Assembly: GCA_951406725.2 (NCBI GenBank) | Contig: OX597817.1 | Location: forward strand, 173,166,001-173,230,000 | Origin: Octopus vulgaris | Lineage: Eukaryota | Direction: 5' to 3' | DNA length: 64,000 bases | Shown: positions 52,268-64,000 of the stretch, in pieces | Layout: every line of letters begins with the position of its first letter | Numbering within the stretch: position 1 is the stretch's first letter | The notes under the pieces: generated by a model | The model's input: only the letters and a program-made list of their open reading frames with translations | What the model was told of the DNA's origin: nothing | Databases searched by the model: none | Translations under genes and position numbers: made by a program

Positions 52268-55101
52268 GATCGGTTTTTTTTTTTTTTTTTTTCGGACACA
52301 CCACCCACACACACCCACCCACCTACCTCCCACACGCCTGTTCACACACACACATACGTAGACCCATCTACGTACATACATTCACACATTTAATCACACA
52401 CACTTACAGACACACATGCACATACACACACACATACATACATACACACACGCATACATACTTACACACACACACACACACACACAGACATACATACACA
52501 CATACACACACACATACATACGCACATACATACACACACACTCACACACACACACCGCACGTACATACTTCACACACACACACATGCACACATACATGTA
52601 GGCACATACATACATACATACCCACACATGCACACCCGTACACTGAATGCACACACACATACACCTTTTTGCATCCAGGCAGCCCCACCCTCTTTTCTGC
52701 TTTCCGGTTTTGGCTGATGGATCCTCGGTTCTCGCGTAGCGGTGCGTTCGAGGGCCTTTGCGCTCGCGCGCCTTGGCGCGCGCTGGGGCTCGGTCGGCCC
52801 CTTTGGGCTTGCGTTGTACTGCTTGTGCGTTGTGTGCGTGAGCGCGCTTCGTGTGTGTGGGCTTGCTTCGGATGTGCGCATGCGTATGTTTGCATACATA
52901 CCCACACACTCGCATGCATCCCTACCCACATACATACACGCACACCTACTCACACACACACATACACACACACACATACCCGCACACACACACACATACA
53001 TACATACATACACACACATACCCACTTCAGACATACACACACACAGACATACACCCATACACTCACACTCACACGCATACACACACACACATACACACGC
53101 ACACGTACACACACACACACACACACACCACACATACATACATCTACACACTCACGCCTACACACATACATACACACATACATAAACACACACACATACA
53201 CACACACATACACACACACACGCACACACACATACATACATACACCCATATACATACACACACACATACCTACATACTCCTATACGCACATACATACACA
53301 CAGACATACACACATACACACTCACACAAACATACACACACACATACTTACACACACACTCACCTGCACGCGCACACACATGCATGACAAACACCCATAC
53401 ACTCACACTCACATACGCACACACCAACATAAACACGCACACGCACACACACACCTACACTCCCACACACATACACACGCACCTACATACACACACGCAC
53501 GCATACACACATACATTACACACGTACACACACACCTACATACACATGCATACACACACACACACAAACATGCACGGACACACCCAGACATACATACATA
53601 CACCTATATACACACGCCCACACACCTACATACACACACATATACACACGCCCACACAGCTACATACACACACATACATACACACATACACGGACACACC
53701 CATACATACTTACATACATACACCTATACACACACGCCTACACACCTACACACACACATGCATACACACACACATGTACGCACATCACACACATATACGC
53801 ACATACATATATACCCACACACATGCACACACACACACATACGCACATGCATGCACGCATGCACACGCGCACACCTACACGCATACACACACACACACGC
53901 ACGTACACATACATACATACACACACGCATACATACACCCATACACATACATGCATCCTACACACACATACATACACACTCACACATACATACACACACA
54001 CGCACTCACTCACACACCTGTATGTTCGCGCACACACATGCACATACACACACTTCCCCACACCCACACGTACATACATACACACTCATACACATACACA
54101 CACACACACACACACGGACATACATCTATGCACACACATATATACACACATACTCACATACATTCATCGGACACACTGCCACCCAGACATACACACAGAC
54201 ACACTCACACATCCACACACACACATACGTACGCGCACACTCGCAGGCGCGCGCACACACGCGCTTGCGCCGGTTCGCGCACGCATGCGCGCCGCATGCA
54301 CCTCGCCCTTGGACCCGACGAGACCTCCCGCCCGTTCCTGGGATGTCGCTTGTCGTTGGGTTTTCCCACGCCCGTCTCCGCGGGACCACTCTTCCATCTT
54401 CCCCTCCGCTGGAGTCCTTTTCCTTAACCCCCCCTTTTTTTCGTTACACACACGCGCACACATATACACACATTGCTTAAACATATACATTACTCTTACA
54501 CACATTCAATCTACTCGCCATTAATACTACCACGACACTGGACACACACACACTCTACTACTCAACACACGCTGGCACGCTACATACGCCCCCACCCCTT
54601 CCCCTCCCTCCCTTCCTCCTTCCTCCCTTTTCTTACTACTGACCTTTGTCTGCTATGCTGCTGCTATGCTGACCACCGTCTCGCCCTACCTCACACGCCT
54701 ACACACAGACGCACACACTAACACATACATATATTTTTTGTTTTTTTATCTCGCCTCACACACACACATACACACACGCACACGCACACACTCACACATA
54801 CACACACATCTGTTGCGTTACCAACCTTGTCTCCACTCTTTTGCCTTTAAAAACCCACTTTGCTCTTGTTATCGTAAACATCCGCCTTTCACCATGTGTA
54901 ACCCCTAAACACCAGTCGTTTTTTTCTCTATCTCCGTTGCCCGCTCTGGGATCTTTCTTTCCTCTCTCTTCCTTCTTTATGTTTCCGACGAAGAGCTCCG
55001 CTCGAAACGTCATACCTCCCTGCTTCCATTTCCTGAGCGCCTATTAATAATAATACTGTAATTGTTCCATTGTTGTTGTTTTTTTGTTTCCCGTTTGGAT
55101 T

Positions 55102-55105
<4 letters not shown>
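51950..55105 (+). mobile_element. 5'-truncated Penelope-like element: GIY-YIG endonuclease C-terminus, long CA-rich 3' region, hammerhead-like motif (54981-55015) and tail
   Basis: GIY-YIG peptide, then low-complexity UTR, then CCGACGA-A-GAGC TCC GCTC-GAAACGTC; ends at (TA)n. Confidence 0.75.
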
Positions 55106-55153
<48 letters not shown>

Positions 55154-56089
55154 TAGACAAAATGAGATAACAAAGCAAAGGACATTTATAAGGAAAAAGA
55201 TACAGATACAGATACCCTTTATCAGAGACGATGTGAGATGGTTAAATAGAGGTAAATATTTGAGTCCGAAATAAGGAATTATTATGGAAAAGGAGGAGAT
55301 AGGGAATATAGAGGGAAATGAGAGAATGGAAGTAGAAATAAAATATAAAATATTGTAGTTGCAGTTCTATTATTCGAGTAAAGTGGTGTATGGAAGTGGA
55401 AAGAAAGTTTCCTGTACATGGTATGTAAGTTCCAGTGGTAGTTCATGTTTAGTCATTTCAAAGTATGGAGCCATGGATTCTATGTTGCCCATTCCAAGGG
55501 GCTTTGAGAATGTATTGGTAGTATTTGTTGATAGATGGTGGGGGAAGGATGTGTATGATTAGAATGAGGAGATAGGTCAAAATGAAGACACGAAGAGAAA
55601 ATGAGAGGGAGAAAGTAAAAAAAGAAAAAGGACAAAAAATAAATATATAAATAAAAAGAGGTAGAAAGAGAGAAAAAAGAGAAAGAAAATTGAAAAGAGT
55701 GAAAAGAAAATAAAAAATTGAAAAAAGGGTGAAAGAAGTGAGAAAAGGAGCGTTAGTTGGTGGTCAAGATAATGTGAGGGGAGAATGGAAGAGGATGGGG
55801 TAGGGGGGATAGGAAGAGATTAGAAGGTAAGGAGTGAATAAGTGCGAGATATATGAGTTGGGGGTAATATGACAGGGCTGCATTAAGGGATTGTTAGTGA
55901 AAAGGTATGGGTTGGGTGATACCAAAGTGAGTAGTTATTCTAGTAGTAAAATTTAAAGTGGAGTGAAGAATACAAGGATGTCAAATTTTTATAAATAGAT
56001 CTATGAGATAGGTTAGTGAGAATGGCAGGAATCAGAGAAGAGGAAAGAAAGTATAATGACATATGTACGCGTGCATATGTCATTATGCA

Positions 56090-56339
56090 CACCTTCCTCC
56101 AACTGTTAAACATGGAGGAGGATCTGCAATGATCTGGGGGGCTATATCTTGGAAATCCACCAACGCAATGGTTTCCCTTCTTGGCAAAATTAATAATCAA
56201 GACTAATTAAGCATTTTATCTGATCAAATTCATCCTATGGTTGCAGAACTGTTTCCGGAAGGAAACACAATCTTTCAGGATGATAATGCACCTATTCACA
56301 CAGCTAAAATTGTTACTGAATAGCATGAGGAACATTCTA
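56090..56339 (+). pseudogene. Tc1 transposase catalytic-domain remnant
   Basis: PTVKHGGGSAMIWG..IFQDDNAPIHTAK with stops; truncated by the gap. Confidence 0.85.
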
Positions 56340-56439
56340 NNNNNNNNNNNNNNNNNNNNNNNNNNNNNNNNNNNNNNNNNNNNNNNNNNNNNNNNNNNNN
56401 NNNNNNNNNNNNNNNNNNNNNNNNNNNNNNNNNNNNNNN
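56340..56439. other. Assembly gap (100 N)
   Basis: Run of N. Confidence 1.
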
Positions 56440-58170
56440 ATCTCTCACTACATTTATAGAGAGAAGGAAAGAGAGAGGGACACAGACAGAGCTAAATATA
56501 GCTATATATGTGCATGCGTGAGTGTGTGTGTGTGTGTGTGTGTCTGCGTGCATGTATATATATATATATATATCTGCTGTTTATATATACAGACATACAA
56601 ATGTACGTATATTCAGACAGGCAGACAGATAGACAGACAGACAGATAGACAGACAGACAGACAGACGGATAGATAGATAGGTATAGATATAGGCAGAGAC
56701 AGATATATAATATATATATACACACATATGAATATATGAATGGGTATTTGAGTGCGTTCATATATATGCATTTAATCATTTATATGCGTATATAAATTAG
56801 GCACAGGAGTGGCTGTGTGGTAAGAAGCTTGCTTACGAACCACATGGTTCCAGGTTCAGCCCCACTGCTTGGCACCTTGGGCAAGTGTCTTCTACTATAG
56901 CCTTGGGCCGACCAAATCCTTGTGAGTGGATTTGGTAGATGGATACTGAAAGAAGCCTCTCATATATACATATATATATGTGTGAGTGTGTGTGTGTGGA
57001 GGTGCAATGGCCCAGTGGTTAGGGCAGCTGAGTGTTGTGAGTGTTTATTGAGCAAAAACACCTAAAGCTCCACGAGGCTCTGGCAGGGGGTGGTGGCAAT
57101 CCCTGCTTCTTTCGCCACAACTTTCTCTCACTCTTTCTTCTGTTGGCCTACTCACTTAGCCAGCAGGGTGGTGTCATTTGAAGGCTAAAACAATGCAAAG
57201 TGCATTGTGACCAATGATATGTAGCAACATCTGATAGCCTGGTCGGTCACGGTGATATCTATATATATATATATATATATATTTGTATGTCTGTGTTTGT
57301 CCCTCCACCATCACTTGACAACTGATGCTTGTGTATTTATGTACCCATAACGTAGCAGTTCGGCAAAAGACACCGATAGAATAAGAACTAGGGTTACAAA
57401 AGAATAAGTCCTGGGCTCAATTTGTTTGACTAAAGTGCTCCAGCATAGCCACAGTCAAATGGCTGAAACGAATAAAAGAATAAAAGAATACAAATGTGTG
57501 CAGCACATGCTGTAGAACATGTCTATGTGTTCAGCCTAAGAATACAGAGACATGTCTGGTTAGAGAGTAGGCTGCTGACAGGTAGATTCCAACTAAAGGA
57601 AATGAATCCTTAAGTAGAAGTTATATCAATATTATCTTGGCATCAACACAAAGTAGTTGATTAAATCCAAGTCTAAATTGTATTTGTAATTGCCATTCAT
57701 TAATGCAGATCAGTAATTCTTCAGACAAATGAAACAAAATTGTTTACAGGAAATATGTGAGGTAGACATAAAAGCTGAAATATAATTTCTCTCTCTCTCT
57801 GAAACAATCAAATTTGTGGTGAGAAAAAAAATGATAATGATTTTACTCCCATTTACATAATTATACGTTCATGATTCAGGTTATTAGCTTCATCTTTGGA
57901 GATGAATTTTTTAAAATTGTGTCATCATCATCATCATCATCATCATTGTCGTCATTGTTATCTGAACATCTAATTTCCTACACTTGCATGGCTCAGGTAG
58001 AATTTCTTTGGAAGCAGATTTCCTACAGCCAGATGCCTTTACTTTCATCGACGTTTACCTGTTTTCAAGCAAGGTAATATTTCTCTGAGGTCATACATGT
58101 TCACACGGAAGATTGGAAATGAGGGACACCACTTGCATGCTGCTAGATTTACAACTATCAAGTATGCATA

Positions 58171-58204
<34 letters not shown>

Positions 58205-58205
<1 letters not shown>

Positions 58206-58953
58206 CAGTTGTGGTGTGCAAGAGAGACGATTGCGCTGGTATGGTCATGTGGCGAGAATGGATGAAGATAGGTGTGTGAGAAAGTGCCAATCCTTAGCAG
58301 TTGAGGGAACCCGTGGAAGAGGTAGAGCCAGGAAAACCTGGGATGAGGTGGTGAAGCACGACCTTCGAACTTTAGGCCTCACTGAGGAAATGACCAGCGA
58401 CCGAGACCTTTGGAAATATTCTGTACGTGAGAAGACCAGGCAGGACAAGTGAGCCCAGCCCACTTATGAATGCCTTTCCTCCCTTGGACACAAAGACCTG
58501 TTGAGGCAAGTGAAGTCGATATAGAACCTCATCCGACGACAGGCACCTATGCCAACCCCCTTTGCTTGCGAAGACATGTTGGGGCAAGCGAAATCGAATC
58601 GAATTGAACCAGCCAGGATCCCTGGTCTGGTGGTACGTAAAAAGCACTATCCGACTCGTGGCCGATGCCAGCACCGCCTCGTCTGGCTTCCGTGCCGGTG
58701 GCACATAAAATACACCAATCCGACCGTGGCCGTTGCCAGCCTCGCCTGGCACCTGTGCAGGTGGCACGTAAAAAGCACCCACTACACTCACGGAGTGGTT
58801 GGCGTTAGGAAGGGCATCCAGCTGTAGAAACACTGCCAGATAAGACTGGAGCCTGGTGCAGCCTTCTGGCTTCCCAGACCCCAGTTGAACCGTCCAACCC
58901 ATGCTAGCATGGAAAATGGACGTTAAACGATGATGATGATGATGATGATGATG
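58205..58953 (+). mobile_element. RTE LINE 3' end plus UTR and (GAT)n tail
   Basis: ISCGVQERRLRWYGHVARMDEDRCV..RGRARKTWDEVVKHD. Confidence 0.9.
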
Positions 58954-59499
58954 ATATATTTCTTTTTCACCCTTTTCAAGCCTAGCCAGGCTCATGGGCC
59001 CGGTTTCCCGGTTTCTGTGGTGTATGTGTTCCCCCAGCTGGACGGGACGCCAGTCCATCACAACATTTCTCAAGAAACAGGAAGAGAGAGTGACAGAAAG
59101 TTGTGGCGAAAGAGTACAACAGGGGTCGCCACCCTGCCAGAGCCTTGTGGAGCTTTTAGGTGTTTTCGCTCAATAAACACACACAATGCCCACTCTGGGA
59201 AAGAAACCATGATCCTCTGACCATGAGTCTGCTGCCCTAACCTTTGGGCCATTGCACCTCCACATATATATATATATATATTTATAGCAAGTTGAGAGAA
59301 TTGTTTGCACACCAGACAAAATACTTAACAGCATTTCATCTGTCTTTATGTTCTGAATTCAAATTCCACTGAGGTTGACTTTGCCTTTCATCCTTTTGAG
59401 GTCAATGAAATAAGTACCAGTCAAACACTGGGGTCAATGTAATTGACTATTCCCCTCACCAGAATTTATTTCAGGCTTTGTGTCTTTCATAGAAAGGGG

Positions 59500-59539
<40 letters not shown>

Positions 59540-59743
59540 CAATAAGAAAATGGAGGGGATCAAGAGTTGGTATTCATCAACTTATAGACATTATATTATG
59601 TCTATTTATTTTAAAAAAAAAGACAATTATAGCCATATACAAATATGTATAACATATTATGCTTTACATATATAATATATAAAATATAAAAATACCAGTA
59701 ATTATAAAAATATATCATGTAGAACATAGAAAGAAGGATAAAA

Positions 59744-59865
59744 TCTTACAGCTGTTTCAGACAAGAGACCATAGTACCCCATTCTACTTTTATTCATCCA
59801 GTGAACTGAAGTATTTGGTAGATAAGACTAAGGTACTTGGGTGTGTCTCTGAGCTTCATCAGAGA
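59744..59865 (-). ncRNA. Hammerhead-like motif with long stem II
   Basis: TCT-CTGATGA-...GAGAC/GTCTC...-GAAA-CAGCTG-TA-AGA. Confidence 0.55.
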
Positions 59866-60002
59866 GTTTAGAAAGTTCATAAGGTTATGTTATAAATATA
59901 AATACATACGTATATACATACTTTTACATATACACACATATACATAAATATACATAAACACATGTACATATATTAAAATGTACATGCATACAAAGGAATC
60001 GA

Positions 60003-60428
60003 TTATTATTATTATTATTATTCTATGTTTGACTTTTGCTTTATGTCTGTACAAGTTGGCTCTAAGTCTCACCCAGAGACCTCAAGAGACAACAGGTTGG
60101 AAGTTCACGTTGTTGTTATGCCTAGTGTGCCATATATTTGGGGGTTTTTTGGGTGTTGTACTAGTGAATGTCTAATAAATAAATTTTTTTTAAAAAAGTT
60201 TGTTTTAAACCTTGGGATTACATAGAGAGTATTTTGCGTAGGATATGAGCAGTTTCCATGAGCACTATCTTTTGAATTTCTGCCATTTTGGGGCTTCCTG
60301 GTATCTGAGTTAGGTAGCAATCAGCCCCTTTCGCTATCATTCCCAGGGCACCTATGACAACAGGTATTGTTTTAGTCTTCAGCTTCCACATTTTGCTGAT
60401 TTCTATTTCAAGATCTTTATATTTGCTC

Positions 60429-60430
<2 letters not shown>
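60003..60430 (-). mobile_element. R4/Dong-clade LINE 3' end inserted in (TAA)n; shorter sibling at 62820-63085
   Basis: KYKDLEIEISKMWKLKTKTIPVVIGALGMI..; (TAA)n at both junctions. Confidence 0.8.
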
Positions 60431-60484
<54 letters not shown>

Positions 60485-60664
60485 GGTGTATTATATTATG
60501 TTATTCTTATTAGATAAAGTGTAAACAGAGGTAGGGGAAAGTTATTAAAAGAGAAATAATTGTGCAATTGAAAAAATCAATGTATCTTAAGATTATTGTA
60601 GTTATGTAGGAATAGAAAGGTATATACATTGGGAACATATATATATGTATATACACATATACAT

Positions 60665-60699
<35 letters not shown>

Positions 60700-62579
60700 C
60701 ATATATATTTTTACGTACAAACATACCCATCGGTACATACGTATTACATGTGTTGAGAAGGGAGTATTATTGCAGCAGTTTGTATTATTCTTTTCATATA
60801 ATTATAATAATTATGCACAAACATATATATATATATTCATATAAACATGTGATATGTTTTCTATTGAGGGCTTTAGACAAAAGTCCACAATAAGTGGGTT
60901 AGAGTTTATATTAATACCTGTGATATTAGTTGGTACAAGTCATAAATTTCAAGGTATTAATCAATGTACTTTATTATTTTCCATTATTTTTTGTTTATCG
61001 AGTAGCTGAAACCACATCTACTCCCAGATTTGGGGTCATAGGAGATACTTTTTATCAAGGTGTCATGCAGTGGGACTGAACCCAAAATCACATGATTGCG
61101 AAGTTACACTTCTTGCCTACACAGCCAAACCTGCAGCTGTATAGTAAAATAATACTCATAATCATATTGACGACACATGTCAGACATTTTAGACATTAGT
61201 CATCTGTATGATAGTTTATTTTCTTTCGTTATTTGTTGTCTTTTTCTTTTGTTACTATCCTGAATGAAGTCTCTGATAAGTACTATAAACAGAGTAGTGC
61301 CTACATTGATAAATAATTAGCTGAATAATTAATTATCTTATAATAACTGTATGCAACCAAACATGACCTTCAGAATATACAGCAGGGATATCATCATCGT
61401 CACCATCATCGACGATAGGAGTTGCCGTCACTAGCACTAACACATACTAATTAAGCCGTTGACCGTGTATATCTAGTTACACTGGATCATTATAAGTAAA
61501 AATGTCCAAAGCTAATATAGTATTGATCTTGCTACCATCTCATATATCTTGTGTTGAAACCTACGACTGTAGATGTCCTGTAGTGAATTCGAATGATATT
61601 GTTAATTCTGTGTTACTCAGGTCATCCAGTGCAGCATTTCTTCTTACTGGTGGAGGCTTTCATCATCATCATTGTCATCATCATTTAACATCTGCTTTCC
61701 ATGCAGGCATGGGTTGGACGATTTGACTGAGGACTGGCGAACCAGATGGCTGTGCCAGGCTCCAATCTTGATCTGGCAGAGTTTCTACAGCTGGATGCCC
61801 TTCCTAACACCAACCACTCCGAGAGTGTAGTGGGTGCTTTTATGTGCCACCGGCACGAGGGCCAGTCTGGTGGTACTGGCAACAGCCACACTCGAAATAG
61901 TGTTTTTTATGTGCCACCTGCACAGGAGTCAGTCCAGCCACACTGGCAGTGACCTCGCTCGAATGTTTTGTTCATGTGCCACTGGCGCAAGTGCCAGTAA
62001 GGTGACGCTGGTAATGATCATGCTCAAATGGTGCCTTTTACGTGCCACCGGCACAGAAGCCAGACGGCCGCTCTGGCAGTGATCCCGCTCGGATTGAGCT
62101 GTTAGTGCTCTACTGGCACGGGTGCCAGTCATCGGATTTGGTTCGATTTCGATTTTACTTGCCCCAACAGGTCTTCGCAAACAGATTTTGCAATATTTTG
62201 CAATTTTTTGTGGAGGCCATATTTTAGCAATATTTCGAGAAGTTGTAAGGCATCAATCAAGCTGGCAGAATCATTAGCATGCCGGACAGAATGCTTAGCA
62301 GCATTTCATCCGTCTTTATGTTTTCCGTTCAAATGCCACCAGGGTCGACTTTGTCTTTCTTCTTTTCGGGATCAATAAAATAAGTACCAGCCGAGTGCTG
62401 GGGTTGATTTAATTGGCTTTTTGTCTGTCTTTACGTTCTGAGTTCAGACTCCTCCAAGGTTGACTTTACCTCTTATTCTTTCAGGGTCAATAAATCAAGT
62501 ACTAGCGAAACACTGGGGTCAATGTAATCAACTGGTCCCCTCCCCCAAAATTTCAGGTCTTGTGCTTATAGTAGAACGG

Positions 62580-62617
<38 letters not shown>

Positions 62618-63087
62618 GACAGTGCGTTGGCAGAATCGTTAGCACACCAGGCAAAATACTTCGCAGCACTTCATCCATCTTTACGTTTTGAGTTCAAATT
62701 CTGCTGAGATCGACTTTACCTTTCATTCTTTCAGGGTCGATAAAATAAGTACCAGATGAACACTGGGATTGATCCAATGGATATCCACCCCAAAAATTGT
62801 TGGCCTTGTGTCAAAATTATTATTATTAATATTTTATGTTTGACTTTTGCTTTACATTTGTACAAGTTGGCTCCAAGTCTCACCCAGAGACCTCAAGATA
62901 CAACAAGTTGAAAGTTCATGCTTGTGTTATGCCTAGGGTGCCATATATTTGGTTTTTTACTTAGTGTTGTACTAGTGAATGCCTAAAAAAACCATATGAA
63001 AATTATGTTTGTTTTAATGAACAGTTCCCATGAGCACTATCTTTTGAATTTCTGCCGTTTTGGGGTTTCCTGGTATCTGAGCTTATC

Positions 63088-63122
<35 letters not shown>

Positions 63123-63136
63123 AATTACTACTATTA

Positions 63137-63170
<34 letters not shown>

Positions 63171-63202
63171 CATTATTATTATTACCATCATTATTATTAT
63201 TA

Positions 63203-63237
<35 letters not shown>

Positions 63238-63481
63238 TGTTAATTATTATTAATTATTATTATTATTAAGGTGGTGAGCTGGCAGAATTGTTAGCATGCT
63301 GGGCAAGATGCTTAGTGGCATCTTGTCCTTCTTTATGTTCTGAGTTCAAATTCTGCTGAGGTTGACTTTGCCTTTCATCCTTTTGGGATCGATAAATTAA
63401 GTACTAGTCAAGTACTGGCATCAATGTAATTGACTTACCCACTTTACACAAATTTCAGGCCTTGTGCCTATAGTTGAAAGG

Positions 63482-63528
<47 letters not shown>

Positions 63529-63544
63529 CATTATTATTATTATT

Positions 63545-63765
63545 ATATGAAAACTCATAGCTTATTTTGCTGGGTATGATAGAAAGTGTCAGCTGTCCAC
63601 AGCCAACAGACTAAGGTAGCACTTGTTTACTGGTCATGCTTCAAGAACCCTGCAAAGAATTCTTGCAGTTCTAAGCAACGCTGATTTTTGTAGGTGTTCT
63701 ATCTTCACACTTATACCAATCTTTTTTAGCCATGTTGGTAGGGGACTGCTGATACTTCCAAGTGG
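63545..63765 (-). mobile_element. 3' end of another R4/Dong-like family next to (TAA)n
   Basis: LGSIS..LPTWLKKIGISVKIEHLQKSALLRTARILCRVL*. Confidence 0.65.
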
Positions 63766-64000
63766 TAGTTGAGCATTGATCATTATCATTGTTGTTGTTG
63801 TTGTTTACTTTCAGTCTGCATGTTTGTTTCAATCACTTGTTCCCTAGGACAAGTGAAGATTAAGAGATGTTACCCAGTACCCTAAGGCAGGTGAATGTTA
63901 AGAGATGTTACAGTATAACTGAAAGCCTGGGGAGAGCAGTAGCAAAATACCTCCGTATAATACAATACAAGCATTTAAATTGATAAGGTTTTTCTAAGGA

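Noticed and set aside
52264-54524. 738-aa His/Thr-rich ORF and overlapping ORFs
   Set aside because: Low-complexity CA-rich sequence that lacks stops by composition.

Overview
Eukaryotic, AT-rich, microsatellite-saturated intronic/intergenic DNA. It is almost certainly from an octopus or other coleoid cephalopod, inferred from the SINE/RTE repertoire. The only host coding sequence I can support is the last exon of a synaptotagmin-like C2B-domain gene (minus, 49095-49408). The rest is mostly transposon debris: RTE, CR1/L2 and R4/Dong LINE fragments, several tRNA-derived SINE families, Helitrons, mariner/Tc1/maT remnants, MITEs, and a Penelope-like element (PLE) 3' end with a GIY-YIG endonuclease. 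Nearly all ORF-track ORFs are microsatellite artefacts. Four signals stand out. (1) About a dozen type I hammerhead-ribozyme motifs sit in short non-coding elements that form large hairpins inside (TA)n tracts, apparently non-autonomous PLE derivatives. (2) One of these carries a tRNA-like Pol III head, i.e. a candidate PLE-mobilised ribozyme SINE. (3) Two A-depleted, G-rich islands in the PLE 3' region look like ADAR A-to-I hyper-editing fixed in DNA by reverse transcription. (4) A 3.9-kb fold-back structure encloses about 120 copies of a 22-bp repeat. All calls are by eye; no alignments, folding or database searches were run.
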